Origin: Octopus sinensis
Lineage: Eukaryota
DNA: 64,000 nt
Assembly (NCBI RefSeq): GCF_006345805.1
Contig: NC_042997.1
Location: 25,296,001-25,360,000, forward strand
Reading direction: 5' to 3'
Shown in pieces: positions 12,880 to 25,522 of the stretch; position 1 is the first letter of the stretch; every line of letters starts with the position of its first letter. Under the pieces are notes generated by a model. That model saw nothing but the letters and a program-made list of their open reading frames with translations. It searched no databases and was not told the DNA's origin. A program made the position numbers and the translations under genes.

Positions 12880-13258
12880 CGATTGGCGTGTTTGCATGAC
12901 GCTACATAAACTTAGATATGTTTCGACCGAAGATTGGTCCAGGCCATGTCTAACTTAATAGCACCAACTGATAGGATTATTCGAATCGTGTTTAGGTCAA
13001 GTTTTGTTCAAGTAGTGAGTTCTTGTTGGGTGAGTTGTATCCAATTATGGGTGGCTTATCTGGTATTCTTTGAAGGAATCTATCCAGACTCCGTTTGAAG
13101 TTGATGGGATCCTTTTCCTCTTTGATCTCCCTCGGGACAATGTTAAATAGGGCAGGGCATGTTGAGGAAAAGAAATTATGTTGCAGTGTACATGTATGAT
13201 GTGATCTTGAATTGGGCAGGGGACAATTCTTTTTGGAATTGTATATCTCGAAGCACAT
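12880..13258 (-). mobile_element. 3' fragment of a CR1/L2-group LINE (ORF2 C-terminus plus 3' UTR)
   Basis: ORF 12992-13258 reads TLQHNFFSSTCPALFNIVPREIKEEKDPINFKRSLDRFLQRIPDKP..NSLL, typical of CR1-group ORF2 ends. Confidence 0.7.
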
Positions 13259-13360
13259 AAGGCTACAAATGATAGTATGTAAATTTTGGATGTGCTTCGA
13301 GATATAACATTCCTAAAGAGAATAAATTCACAGCCAACAAGATATATATATATATATATA

Positions 13361-14056
13361 TATAGAGGGCATTATACATACATGCCAGAGGGCATTATAC
13401 ATACATGCCACACGCTAAGAGGGACAATTAGTCATTTCTACCAAAAATATTACTAATCCCACCGAATGCAATTTTTCAAAGTAAGACATTTAAAAAATAT
13501 AGACCTGTATCACAGTGATTTCATACTTACGTATTCATCAGCAGGCCTGAATGTATCATAAATAAACGACCCTGCCCCGCTTAAGCCGATCAGCTAACTG
13601 ATCAACATCAACGAAGCACATGGGTGAGTTTACATATATTACATCCTGTAAATGGCATACTTTTACGAATTGCATTTCGGGAAAGGAAAAGTTTTTTCGG
13701 AATAAAAATTTAGCAATTAAGGACAACTACTTAATAAGGAAAACTTAACAAGAAATTGTCAGGTAGATAGCGTGAAAACCTCATAAGAGAATAAATTTTT
13801 TTTAAATGTCTTACTTTGAAAAATTGCATTCGGTGGGATTAGTAATATGTTTGGTAGAAATGACTAATTGTCCCTCTTAGCGTGTGGCATGTATGTATAA
13901 TGCCCTCTGGCATGTATGTATAATGCCCTCTATATATAAATTAATATGTTCAATAAGAAATAATTATTTTCGAAATGTATTCTCTTATGAGGTTTTCACG
14001 CTATCTACCTGACAATTCCTTGTTAAGTTTCCTATTAAGTAGTTGTCCTTAATTGC

Positions 14057-14060
<4 letters not shown>
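13361..14060. mobile_element. Penelope-type pLTR-derived insertion with interleaved inverted repeats
   Basis: Arm A 13361-13497/13798-13934 and arm B 13709-13793/13978-14060 are near perfect. Contains a hammerhead motif. Flanked by (TA)n on both sides. Confidence 0.7.
13501..13548 (-). ncRNA. Minimal type I hammerhead ribozyme
   Basis: Minus strand AGGCCUG-CUGAUGA-AUAC-GUAA-GUAU-GAAA-UCA(CUG)UGA-UA-CAGGUCU: intact core, 7-bp stem I (one GU), 4-bp stem II with GNRA loop, short near-palindromic stem III, AUA cleavage triplet. Confidence 0.8.
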
Positions 14061-14089
<29 letters not shown>

Positions 14090-14091
<2 letters not shown>

Positions 14092-14275
14092 GAAATTTTA
14101 CGAAAAATAAAAGACAAAAACAGTGTATGAACAACAAGCACAGGTGTATATTTAGTTTTTACGCTCGGGAAGTGAGAAGTCTTTTACGTTTTCGAGCCTA
14201 CACACTTCAACACAAAGGAATATGAAATAATAAACACAGAGAGAGTAAAATCTTGTGGATTTAGCGATCAATCAA
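14090..14275 (-). mobile_element. Dispersed repeat, probable PLE pLTR remnant (homolog of 61070-61280)
   Basis: Shares GTAGGCTCGAAA(A)CGTAAAAGACTT and flanks with 61141-61270; lies in (TA)n. Confidence 0.5.
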
Positions 14276-14309
14276 TTATCATATTATATAAATATATATA
14301 TATATGTAG

Positions 14310-14375
<66 letters not shown>

Positions 14376-14452
14376 ATATACATATATAATATACATATAT
14401 GTATATATATATAATATATTATATATATATATATATATATAATATATATATG

Positions 14453-14491
<39 letters not shown>

Positions 14492-15138
14492 TGTATATTG
14501 TATATATGTGTGTATATATATTTAATGATAGCATGAGGCATTGTGCAATGGAATATATTTGTGTAAAATATAATTAACACGTTGATGTGTATTCGGACGG
14601 AAGAAGAATTTCCACTGTGGAAATAGACACTGGAGAAAATTCACCACAATCCATTATGTGTTTTGATACACATCCAATTGCAGAATTTCATCCCAAGACC
14701 ATTTCCAATGAGGAAGATCTCGCATTCGAATGTACTCGAATATGTTAAATATGAGTTTGGAACGAATATATTTTATTCAATGCTGACTTCTCCGACATTA
14801 TTTATTAAACTGTTGCTTGACCAAACTATAGGCATATCATCTAACGTACCATGCTGTTTGGGTACGAATAAATTCGTTCTTCTTGGACGGTGGATGACAG
14901 AATAGTTATTCATAGTTGAAGAAGAGAAACACAGGCATTTATGTTTTAATAGTGTCATTCATAGCTCCTATAATTGTTTTCACAAATATCTTGCAAACAA
15001 TATTCTCCCGACATTTTTTCCGTGGCGTAAAGCCCTTTCATATTTAAATGCACTCTAACGTGTTATAATAAGACTTTATAAGAATACGATATTCATTTAT
15101 ATATATATATATATATAATATATATATATATATATAAT

Positions 15139-15182
<44 letters not shown>

Positions 15183-15819
15183 GGTATATATACATATATA
15201 TACATACATATATATACATATATATACATATATATATATAAATACATACATACGCACACACAGAGACACAGACATAGATACACATACACGTACACACACT
15301 TATACATGTATGCGTCTGTGTATGTGTATATATATTTATATATATATATACATAAGTTCATGTATTTATATATTAATCTGAGCATAGAGACTCACGGCAA
15401 GTCATACACTAATGTATACAGACTAGGGAGTATATGTGTATGAGATGTATAATTGTGTGTACACGTTAAGCAGTTATGTTATGTTTTGTATTCCTGGAAG
15501 CGTTTCTATGTTTCATTTTATACAGTGCATAAGTATGCTTGTGTGTAGTTGGTAACATAAAATACAAGTCAGACCTATGCAAGCCTGGAAAAAAATATAT
15601 AATGAATCTTTGCTTTCATGTGGTGATTTTCATTAATACAATGACTGCAGGGTTATACAACCGTAATTTCATTTGTAAGCATTCTTCTAAATATACAGGG
15701 AAGCAAATCGGAATTTATCAAACACGTACTAAAACACGTAGTAACACGTGCAAATTTAAGTTTCTGTGTCACAATACATGTGCACGTATGTGCACTTGTA
15801 CACGTGTGAATGTATATAA

Positions 15820-15860
<41 letters not shown>

Positions 15861-15950
15861 TATATATATATATATATATTATATATGTATATATATGTGT
15901 GTGTTTGTGTGTATATATATAGGTATATATATATATACATACACACACAC

Positions 15951-15995
<45 letters not shown>

Positions 15996-16734
15996 CACAC
16001 ACATATGTATATATATAATATATATATATATATATACATATATAGATAGATATTAGCCATATGTTACGTATAGAATATTTTCGAATTAGGCTAGAAAATA
16101 TTGTTCCCTTGAAAAAGTGGCAAAGGGTGGCAAAAACATTTCTCTTGTCATTTCATTCTTTTAGTCTTCGAATTCCTGTTTTCGACAACGGAAATTCACC
16201 ATTACAGCCTCCACAAGATAGCTTCACAAAACTTTCAACACTACATTTGTTCAATTTATATTTTCTGTCGAAAAATGTCTTGGAATTCATCTTGGATGAA
16301 TACAGAGGCAACGATTCCATAAAAAAAATAGTTTAAATTTCAGTTCTTGCAGAATGATACCCTAGCCTAAATCCGGACCTTTCGGAAAATGCGTATTCAG
16401 TAATCCGGATGCTTTGAAATATATCCGTTCATGTCTGCATACTTTGATATTTACTGAAGTAGTACACAATGTTTAGGAAACCTCAGCCTGGTAACTCGAC
16501 CTGATAGATAAACAACAAAGCTCCCTCCAAACGACGCACACTTTTCTATTTAAAATATTTACATACGTTTTTCACAAAGGAACTTCCAATTTGAACACCA
16601 TAAAAATAGTACTTCAAAATTTTAACCAACTCCGTTCCAAATTTATATTTTCGAATTCTGGGAATCTTTTATGAATTTCCACGTTGAAATCAGCTTCTAC
16701 TTCGACTAAATTCCAAAGCTAAAGCTAAATCTGA

Positions 16735-17022
16735 ATCCATTACACTAACAATAATCCTTAACCCTAAACCTAGACCAAAACTTTAATTTTAAACCCTAGC
16801 TCTACACTCTAACCCTGAATACATAGCAAGAAACCTTAAACAATCATACATAAGCACACCTAAACCCTCACGCTAAAATCTTATCTACCTCTTAACCCTC
16901 AACCTTAAATTAAGCCTAACCATTACCATAAAACCTATTTTTTAAACATTTAAACATTTATTTATACTACTATTCCTAAATCTTAATCTTAAGCCTAACC
17001 ATAAACCATAATCTCTTAACTA
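16735..17022. repeat. Degenerate (CCCTAA)n telomere-like hexamer array
   Basis: AACCCTAAACCTAG..AACCCTAGCTCTACACTCTAACCCTG..AACCCTCAACCTTAA periodicity. Confidence 0.55.
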
Positions 17023-18039
17023 ATTTTGACGTCAAACTGTAAACCAAAACGTAATACTTCACATCGTCCAATGTTTTTCTTTGTTTTTGCTTGTTTGTCT
17101 TTTTTTATTTTATACGATGTAAGAACTCTATGGGCTGAGGGAGATTTGATTGTTTTGTCGATCGAGTACATTGTAGACCTCTTCATGTTGTGTGTTGCTT
17201 ATCGTTGTGATGTGATCCACCCCAGATGAAAATGGTCGGGCGTGTTTCTGATCTCCCGGAACATTGATATAAAGCAGGTGCGGGTGTTTAGAATGCCCAA
17301 AATTTAAAATTACAGATCATTATAATGAACTACAATAACCGTATTATTCTATTTATTTTAACGAACATTCTGTCCTTCCTGTATCTACTAAACTCCAATA
17401 ACCCTTGCCACTGAAAATATTTCCTCGACACTGCTTCCATTACGAATGTTTGACCCCTGCTTATTTGACCCCTTTTTTGATCTGCGAAGGGCGGTAAATT
17501 TCACTAGAATGTTAGTTAAAGCAATTAGCAAACTAGACAGGAAAAGGAAACTAATTTCATTGTTAATGTCTCCCCACCACTAAAATAGGAATACGTGCCA
17601 CAAAGTATCAGAAAATATCTATTGAAGAAATACTTAAACTTGTAGTAAGCATTTAGTAAGATACTCTATGTGAGGCTCACTTGATTAGTTAAAATTAGCA
17701 ATTAACTTTCCTCCCAAACATGCCTACTGTCATGGACAGAGAGGAACACTTTGGATAATATAGTCCTACATACTACTAAAATGTGGTGTTTGTCATGCAT
17801 GGATTGCTTTCGATCCAGTATCTTTGATAAGCGTTAACTTCGGGGAATAACAAGAAGAAAATATGGGAAAATTGTTTTTAGCGACAAAATATAAAGAAAC
17901 TAATGATAAAAATTTTCGCTTTTAGAAGGCTAACAAATATAAAATGGAGTGAATTTTCGGTGGAGCTGGAAACAATAAGAGAATGCATTAAAAATCAAAG
18001 TACTAAATTAAAAATAGGATTAAAAAATGGATGATAAGA

Positions 18040-18330
18040 CGTTGGCAAGAAAGGCCTTTTACATGGCCAATACCCGACAAGAATGAGCAATGAAGAAGTT
18101 GATAAAGATAACTCCCAGCAGTATTGTCGATGTAAATATCTTTTTATCGATGTATCAGTTCTAACATACAACAATATATCTCGGGAAAAAATGGAGAGCC
18201 GATCTTGTTATGAAGACCTGGGAATAGAGATATCTCGGATGTGGGTATTGAAAAGAGATATAATCCTCAGAATAATAGGCGCCTTGGGAATGATAAAGAG
18301 AAATGTGTACAAATGTTGGAAGTAATCCCT
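18040..18330 (+). mobile_element. R4/Dong-like C-terminal fragment, internally deleted
   Basis: LHGQYP..FIDVSV..YEDLGIEISRMWVLKRDIILRIIGALGMIK. Confidence 0.75.
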
Positions 18331-18536
18331 AAGAATGCCATATATATATATATATATACATATATGCATACAAACATGCATACATATATAATATATACAG
18401 AAAATGCCATTATTAGACACTTCACATACACAGAGAAGAATATGCTGAATACCATAGAAACAAAGTGAAAGGAGCAAAATCATAACACACACTGGAATTG
18501 AACTATCCGTTGTTCATTGTGAGAGAACGTCAAACT

Positions 18537-18970
18537 ATTCCTTTCTACTCTAGGCCCAAGGTCTGAACTTTTTGGTGAGGTGGCCAGTCCATTAGATCGA
18601 GCTAGTACGCAAATGGTACTTAGTTTATCGATCCCTAAAGGATAAAAGGCAAAGTCGACCTTGGCGGAATTTGAACTCAGAACATAAAGACAAACGAAAT
18701 AATTGCGAAGCATTTCGCCCGGCGTGCTAACGTTTCTGCCAGCTCGCCGCCTTCGAACATCAAAATACTGATCTAGAGAAGTTATAAGTAATGAAAGTAA
18801 TAATTATAATAATCCTTTCTACTACAAGCACAAGGCCTGACAATTTCGGGGAGGGGGTCTAGCCGATTACATCGACCCCGGTACACAAATGGTACTTATT
18901 TCATCGACCCCGAAAGGAGGAAAGGCAAAGTTGACTTCGGCTGAATTTGAAATTAAAACGTAAAGACACA
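18537..18970 (-). mobile_element. Two SINE family A copies with the alternative tail (GGCCTTGTGC..TAGAAAGGA)
   Basis: 18537-18752 full length; 18811-18970 5'-truncated. Confidence 0.85.
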
Positions 18971-18975
18971 TGGAA

Positions 18976-19005
18976 TTAATAATAATAATAATAATAATAA
19001 TAATG

Positions 19006-19096
<91 letters not shown>

Positions 19097-19264
19097 GAAT
19101 AATAATAATATAATAATAATAATAATATATAATAATGATAATAATGATATAATAATAATAATGAATAATAATAATATGATAATAATAATAATAATATAAT
19201 AATGATAATAATAATGATAATGATAATGATATAATAATAATAAGATAATGATAATAATAATAAT

Positions 19265-19300
<36 letters not shown>

Positions 19301-19479
19301 TATAATAATAATAATGATAATGATGATGATGATGATGATGAATGATGATGATGATGATGATAATAATAATAAGATAATAATAATAATTAATAATAATATG
19401 ATAATAATGACAATGATAATGATAATGAATAATAATAATATATAATAATAATAATAGATAATGATAATGATAATATAAT

Positions 19480-19518
<39 letters not shown>

Positions 19519-19800
19519 TGATAATGATAATGATAATGAATGATGATGATAATAATTATAATAATAATAATATATAATAATAATAATAATAATGATAATA
19601 ATAATAATAATAATAATATAATAATAATAATAATGATAATATAATAATAATAATAATAAATAATGATAATGATATAATGATAATGATAATGATATAATGA
19701 TAATGATATAATAATAATAATAATAATATAATAATGATAATGATAATGATAATGATATAATGATAATGATAATAATAATAATGATAATGATAATATGATA

Positions 19801-19832
<32 letters not shown>

Positions 19833-19869
19833 ATAATAATAATAATATAATAATAATAATATAATAATG

Positions 19870-19921
<52 letters not shown>

Positions 19922-19931
19922 TAATATAATG

Positions 19932-19969
<38 letters not shown>

Positions 19970-20027
19970 GATAATGATGATGATGGTGATGATGATGATG
20001 ATGATGATGATGATAATAATAATAATA

Positions 20028-20072
<45 letters not shown>
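18976..20072. repeat. ~1.1-kb (TAA/TGA)n microsatellite
   Basis: Direct reading; source of spurious ORF 18867-20300. Confidence 0.97.
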
Positions 20073-20073
<1 letters not shown>

Positions 20074-20500
20074 TGATAGAAAAATCCGCAAGTATAAAAT
20101 CTATAAAACTTCTGACACCCAGAAATATAGACTCTGTGGAAAGTGTTTGGAAAATGTGACCCATTTGGTAAGTGGATGTGAGAACCTTGCATAAAAAGAA
20201 TACAAATGCTGCCACGATAAAGTATGTATGTATCTTCATTGGCTCTTATACCGTAAATACCAATATGAAGTAACAGAGAACTGCTACGAGCATGTACCAA
20301 GTAAATTTATGCAGGAGGATGGAAAAATAACGATACTCTGGGACTATGATTTTCAGACGGATCATATAATCGAACACCTTTGGCTGAATATTGTCATATT
20401 GAATAAGAGAGACATATATTGTCAGATCATTGATGTATCCAAGCTAAATGATATGAATGCTGTGAGCAAAGAGGTTGAAAAAAGAACATTCATTGCTTAA
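20073..20500 (+). mobile_element. R4/Dong-like Zn-knuckle/RLE fragment
   Basis: HDKVCMYLHWLLYRKY..YEHVP..ITILWDYDFQTDHIIEH..IVILNK..CQIIDVS; starts right after (TAA)n. Confidence 0.8.
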
Positions 20501-20714
20501 TTTGCAAAGACCAAGACCTTCCCCATGATAAAAGCTGATGGGAACACAAACCAACTCCAGTGATTTAAAAGGATCACATCTCAATCCTTTGGAACTTTAC
20601 TGTTCAAACTGACAGAAAGGTAGATACATATAGGCCAAATATGATATTGAAGGAATTCAGTCAAAAATCATGCCTCCTCATCGATGGGACTGTCCTAGTC
20701 GACATAAAACTGAC

Positions 20715-20935
20715 CAAAACCTTGAAATAGAAATTGAATAAATGTGGAACCTCAAGGCTAAAACAATACTCGTTGTCATAGTTGCCTTGGGAATGATAGC
20801 AAAAGGAGCTGATTACTACCCATCTCAGATGCCAGGAAATCCCAAAGAAGAAGAAATTCAAAAAATAGTGCTCATGGGACATGCTCACATCTTACCAAAA
20901 ATTATTGTCTATGTAATTCCCAAAATATTTTAATC
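20715..20935 (+). mobile_element. R4/Dong-like C-terminal fragment
   Basis: MWNLKAKTILVVIVALGMIAKG..EIQKIVLMGHAHIL. Confidence 0.75.
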
Positions 20936-21270
20936 TGTAAGCATTGCCGAAAATACTTTTAAATGTACATAATAATAAACGCCTTTTACTGTCATCTTAA
21001 GATCACACTATTATCTTACAATGAAATTACTTTTAAACAAACTCCTAAATTTCTTATGCTTTGACAGACACTCTTTAGAACATTTCTTTGTGAAAAAGCA
21101 AAAATATGGCACCCTAGTCATAATACCAACTTGAACATCTAACTTTTGTCTATTGATGTCTGTGGGCGAGACTTGGAGTTGACTTGTGCAAATACAAAGC
21201 AAAAGCCAAACATACAACAACAACATTATTATTATTATTAATTATAATAATAATAATAATAATAATAATG

Positions 21271-21303
<33 letters not shown>

Positions 21304-21327
21304 TTACTATTATTATTATTATTATTA

Positions 21328-21369
<42 letters not shown>

Positions 21370-21425
21370 TATTATTATTATATTATTATTATTATTTATT
21401 ATTATTATTATTATTATTAATATTA

Positions 21426-21482
<57 letters not shown>

Positions 21483-21483
21483 G

Positions 21484-21620
21484 TTTTGATGTCTTGCAAA
21501 CAGCCTCATAGGGCTCAGCGCACATCTTAAGGAAAGTATTATCTGTCTGAGGTCCTTGTTGTGACTTGACAGATGACTAAAGACGCTGGTGCAGTTTTAC
21601 TTACACTGTGTTACGAAGGA
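21484..21620 (+). mobile_element. R4/Dong-like extreme 3' end
   Basis: GSAHILRKVLSV* plus GGTCCTTGTTGTGACTTGAC UTR, followed by (TAA/TGA)n. Confidence 0.6.
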
Positions 21621-21629
21621 ATTATAATA

Positions 21630-21664
<35 letters not shown>

Positions 21665-21701
21665 AATAATACTACTACTACTAATAATAATAATAATAAT
21701 G

Positions 21702-21733
<32 letters not shown>

Positions 21734-21735
<2 letters not shown>

Positions 21736-22187
21736 AGCAAATATTCTGCTCAATACCACAGATTTGCTTGTCAGTTGTTTGACCTTAACCAGTTGAGCAT
21801 GTCCCTTAGTGGCTGACGATATGTGCATCTCTGATCACGAGCAGAAGTAGTGGGGGAGCATCATAGCCATGTGTTGAGAGGGATTCTTTGGGGTTTGAAT
21901 AGTTCACCTCTGGAAACATGGGTGGTTCTTTCAACATCCTTAAACAACCCTTATTCAGGGACCGTTTGAGCGGGATGGGCTACTCAACCTGAAGAAAATT
22001 CTAACTGGGCCCCACCTGCAAGGTCATGTGCTGTTTATCTTGATATAAGATCACCATGTCGCGCACATATGGTTGTGATGCATGTGCCTGGTGTACCTTT
22101 ATCAGACGGGTAGTCATGATGGGTATATTGGGCTTCGTATATTTTACCCCAGTGTCACTTTGATGGCATGAACTGCTCTCTCACTCA
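21734..22187. mobile_element. Non-coding ~450-bp insert bounded by (TAA)n on both sides
   Basis: GC-richer unique block between TAA tracts, no ORF; probably a Dong-type UTR or a Dong-mobilised non-autonomous element. Confidence 0.4.
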
Positions 22188-22205
22188 ATAATAATAATAA
22201 TAATA

Positions 22206-22535
22206 AGGCGGTTACGATACCAGTGATCGTAGGAGCACTAGGAATGATCAAGAAGGGAACCGAAAATTATATGAGAATGATCCCTGGCTTACCATCCCTG
22301 CAAGAAGTGCAAAAGATTGTCTTAACTGGCACATCACACGTATTGAGAAGAGCATTGTCGATGTGAGAACTGTTGCTGCTCATGTATTTTAATTTAACTT
22401 AAAAAAAAAAAAATGAACGAACTATTGAGTTTGGTTTAATGGCCTACCAATGTATACTATGAGTTTCTTTGCCCTAGGATTCGGGAAGACACTCGGCAAG
22501 AAATGGAAGCAAATTTGAAAAAGAAAAAAAAAAGT
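22206..22535 (+). mobile_element. R4/Dong-like 3' end
   Basis: KAVTIPVIVGALGMIKKGTENYMRMIPGLPSLQEVQKIVLTGTSHVLRRALSM*; (TAA)n on both sides. Confidence 0.85.
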
Positions 22536-22759
22536 AATAATAATAATAAAAATGGCGGTGCCCCAGCATGGCCACAGCTCATTAGCTGAAACTGGAAAAA
22601 TCATCAAAATCAAATAATAATAACCACGTTCATTTTTGCCACATGAGTTAAAAATATGTAAGGCTATACAATGACTAAGTGTCTGTAGGTATTTAAGTCT
22701 AAACAAGGAACAGCAATAACAAAAAATTTTGTAACGACAGAATTTCCCAAATAGTGGGG

Positions 22760-23660
22760 TGCTACCCAGAGACAGCAAGGAACTTGAGTCCCCAACAGCG
22801 TAGGGCTAAACGCTATCCGCTCGTAACCGTCTTCCGTTCACTTCAGACCATCCTCGCCACATACACTCACCTTCTAGCAAATTTACTGGAAACAGCAGGA
22901 CCTTCTCGGCCTTCTCAGTTCATTTCAGCAGTATCAGTGGTTGGTTTGAGTTTTCTTGAAATTATCCATGGATCCAATCAGCCAGTTGATTTTAATTAAG
23001 ACTTAGAATTTCCCCAGGAATGTCGTCTTCCTTTCTTGTCACTAATACTCTATACAACGACATTCTTGAGTTTCCAGTGACCGCACTACCCTACTGGCGT
23101 TAGAATGTGAGTGTATGACTTAACTTTAGGTATCAGGCCCCCTGCCTCGGTCGACGCTTGATCCAGTTTTGTCAGTTCTGTTAAACAGAAGAACTATTGG
23201 GAGTGCAACAGTCAGCAACTATATCTGCTCATGGTTTCCGTGCAGCTCACGAATTATCAGACACGGAATGTGCACCCCGCTACGCAGTTGATTTTGATAG
23301 TAATTGGAATTGCCTGAGCATGGAACCGATCCCCTCCACAGAAATTGAAAGAGCAAGCGTTCCATGCTAGTGAACCAGGAAACAGAACAAGGCACGATGA
23401 TCAGGTGGTAGGAGAATGCGATGCTTCATAGCGGCTAAAGCACTAAAGTGTAAGTGGTTCTCCCCAAAACTCCTAACCATCTGAAGAAATCCGGCCACCT
23501 TATCCCGGTCCGGGTATACGCGACAACTAGTCAAACGATACCGTTGTTGTCCACGTTCTGTACTACCAAATTTCCACTCGGGTCCAGCAAGATATTTCTA
23601 ATGTTGAGACCTATGCATTTCTGAAACAACTCTGGCACTCCGCCCCAAATTCCACTTAGG
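22760..23660 (-). pseudogene. Old, internally deleted relative of the Tx1-like LINE ORF2
   Basis: ILLDPSGNLVVQNVD..PDFFRWLG aligns with VFSDPEGRLVVLDL..EYFRGLG. IVPCSVSWFTSMERLLFQFLWRG aligns with VVPCPDSWLIRLERQLFRFLWKG. WIKRRPRQG aligns with WCSRRPRSS. Confidence 0.7.
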
Positions 23661-23699
23661 AACAGAAATGCATAAATCTCAAAATCATCGAAAATGGGT

Positions 23700-24065
23700 G
23701 CCAAAGGGCGTCAGCCTGCGATTGGTCGTGAAACTGGATTTGCAGCGGAGGCACAGCTGGCAATTAGTGTCGATAAAATGGTGGAATCCTTTCGATAATA
23801 GTCCATTTGATGTTGGGTGTTTCGTCTCGAAGGTCATGAAGTCTCCAGAGAAAGCATGACAGGGAATTGGAGTTCTTTCTATCCTTGGATCGAAATGAAT
23901 GCAAGTGCTGGGAATATCTTCCCTGGAAGACACAGACAGTCATGCCTAGTAAACACATCGGTATTTTCAAACTAGTTGTTGTCGTTGAAATATGAACGTC
24001 AAACAGCTATACCGTGTGACCTTTCTCGAATTGCAGGCTAACGCCCAGTAGTAAACATTGACACT
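23700..24065 (-). pseudogene. Penelope-like GIY-YIG endonuclease fragment
   Basis: LGMTVCVFQGRYSQHLHSFRSKDRKNSNSLSCFLWRL..NIKWTIIERIPPFY / NCQLCLRCK matches the PLE pattern YIGxT..FKxR..H..SF..T.LS..IW..I.W.I..C.LC. Confidence 0.7.
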
Positions 24066-24223
24066 CTTCAATCAAACTCTCATTCGGACACCAATGGCTG
24101 AAGACTAGCCACACGCTTGAAGCTCAGAGTACCTAGGAGTCTGAATCAAAATGTTTTGATCTATACATGGAGCTTCCAATAAACGAGTTCAGGTCTCTGG
24201 TTTCGTTTGTCTATTCACTCGTA

Positions 24224-24224
<1 letters not shown>

Positions 24225-24311
<87 letters not shown>
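24225..24311. repeat. (CTAT)n microsatellite
   Basis: Direct reading. Confidence 0.95.
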
Positions 24312-24316
<5 letters not shown>

Positions 24317-25086
24317 CTCTCTCTCGCTCTCTCTTTGTATATATATATATATATGTACATACAAATATACACACATATAAATGTACGCATTCATTTATAT
24401 GCGTATGTATGTATGCACATATACTACCTCATAACATTGTGTTACGTTAAAATAAATACCGATAGATTATGTACGAGGACTCAAAAAACAGTTGGAGTAT
24501 TAAGGTGGTTCGTTGCAGAATCGCTGTGCAATGACTTATAAATTACAATAAAATGAAAAACTCAGCCACATATGTAAGCGCATATATTACATGTAGACAT
24601 ATGCACACACACGCCCGCACAGACATGAGTGTATGTGTGTGTGTCTGTGTTTGTGTGCGTGAGCACGTACTGTATGCGCGTGAAGGAGCGTGGCCCAGCG
24701 GGTTAGGGTGTTGCACTCACGATCGCAGATTGATGAAACATCAGGTTCTTGGGCAAAACACTTTACCTCACTCCACTCAGCAGTAATTAGTAAACATGTG
24801 GCGGAGTAGCGTCTTGTTCACGAGGTACGCTGGCCTGTCCACCTAGCCAGTGGGCGTGTTATTTCCTTAAAGGCTAAATGAGTGCGAGTATGCATATTAA
24901 GACTAGCGGTGTATAATCATATCTGATAGTCAGCTCGATAAAATGACACAATGATTGCTCCACATTTTACATTGATGTAAACATTTTTTCATTGTTCAAT
25001 TAAATGGAGTCACATGAAACGATCGTACTGCATTACCTCTGGATATTCTTGCTGCTTATTTTGAGCATATATATATATATATATAT

Positions 25087-25522
25087 GGATCTTTTCGGTT
25101 TGAACGGCAGTTTTTAACATAATTTCTAGGTAACTACAAAATTTTAAGCTTCGTATACTGGTAGAATGTGTTTATAAAACATCTTTTTCTGTTGGCTTTA
25201 TTGAGAAAATTCTATAGTTTGTAAGATATTTGTTGTTTTTTTTTCTTCAATTTCTGCAATTTCAACCAATCAATGACCTCCATTGAGGTAAAAAAAACAG
25301 CCTGTGCCATATGAATATGTCCCTCGTTTAAGAAACAGATTGGGTTTATTTACATTTCTGAAGAAAAAAAAAAGATACCCTTCCCCCACCCCTAGCCCTA
25401 ACCCTAACCCTAACTAACCCTAAAACAGATTGAAATGCAATAGTTCGATACTAGGGTCATAATTATGGATGACTATTTCATATGACACCGCTAGAAAAAA
25501 CTGCCATTCAAACCGAAATGAT

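Noticed and set aside
18867-20300. 477-aa ORF and overlapping ORFs
   Set aside because: Translation of the (TTA/TCA)n microsatellite; no coding signal.
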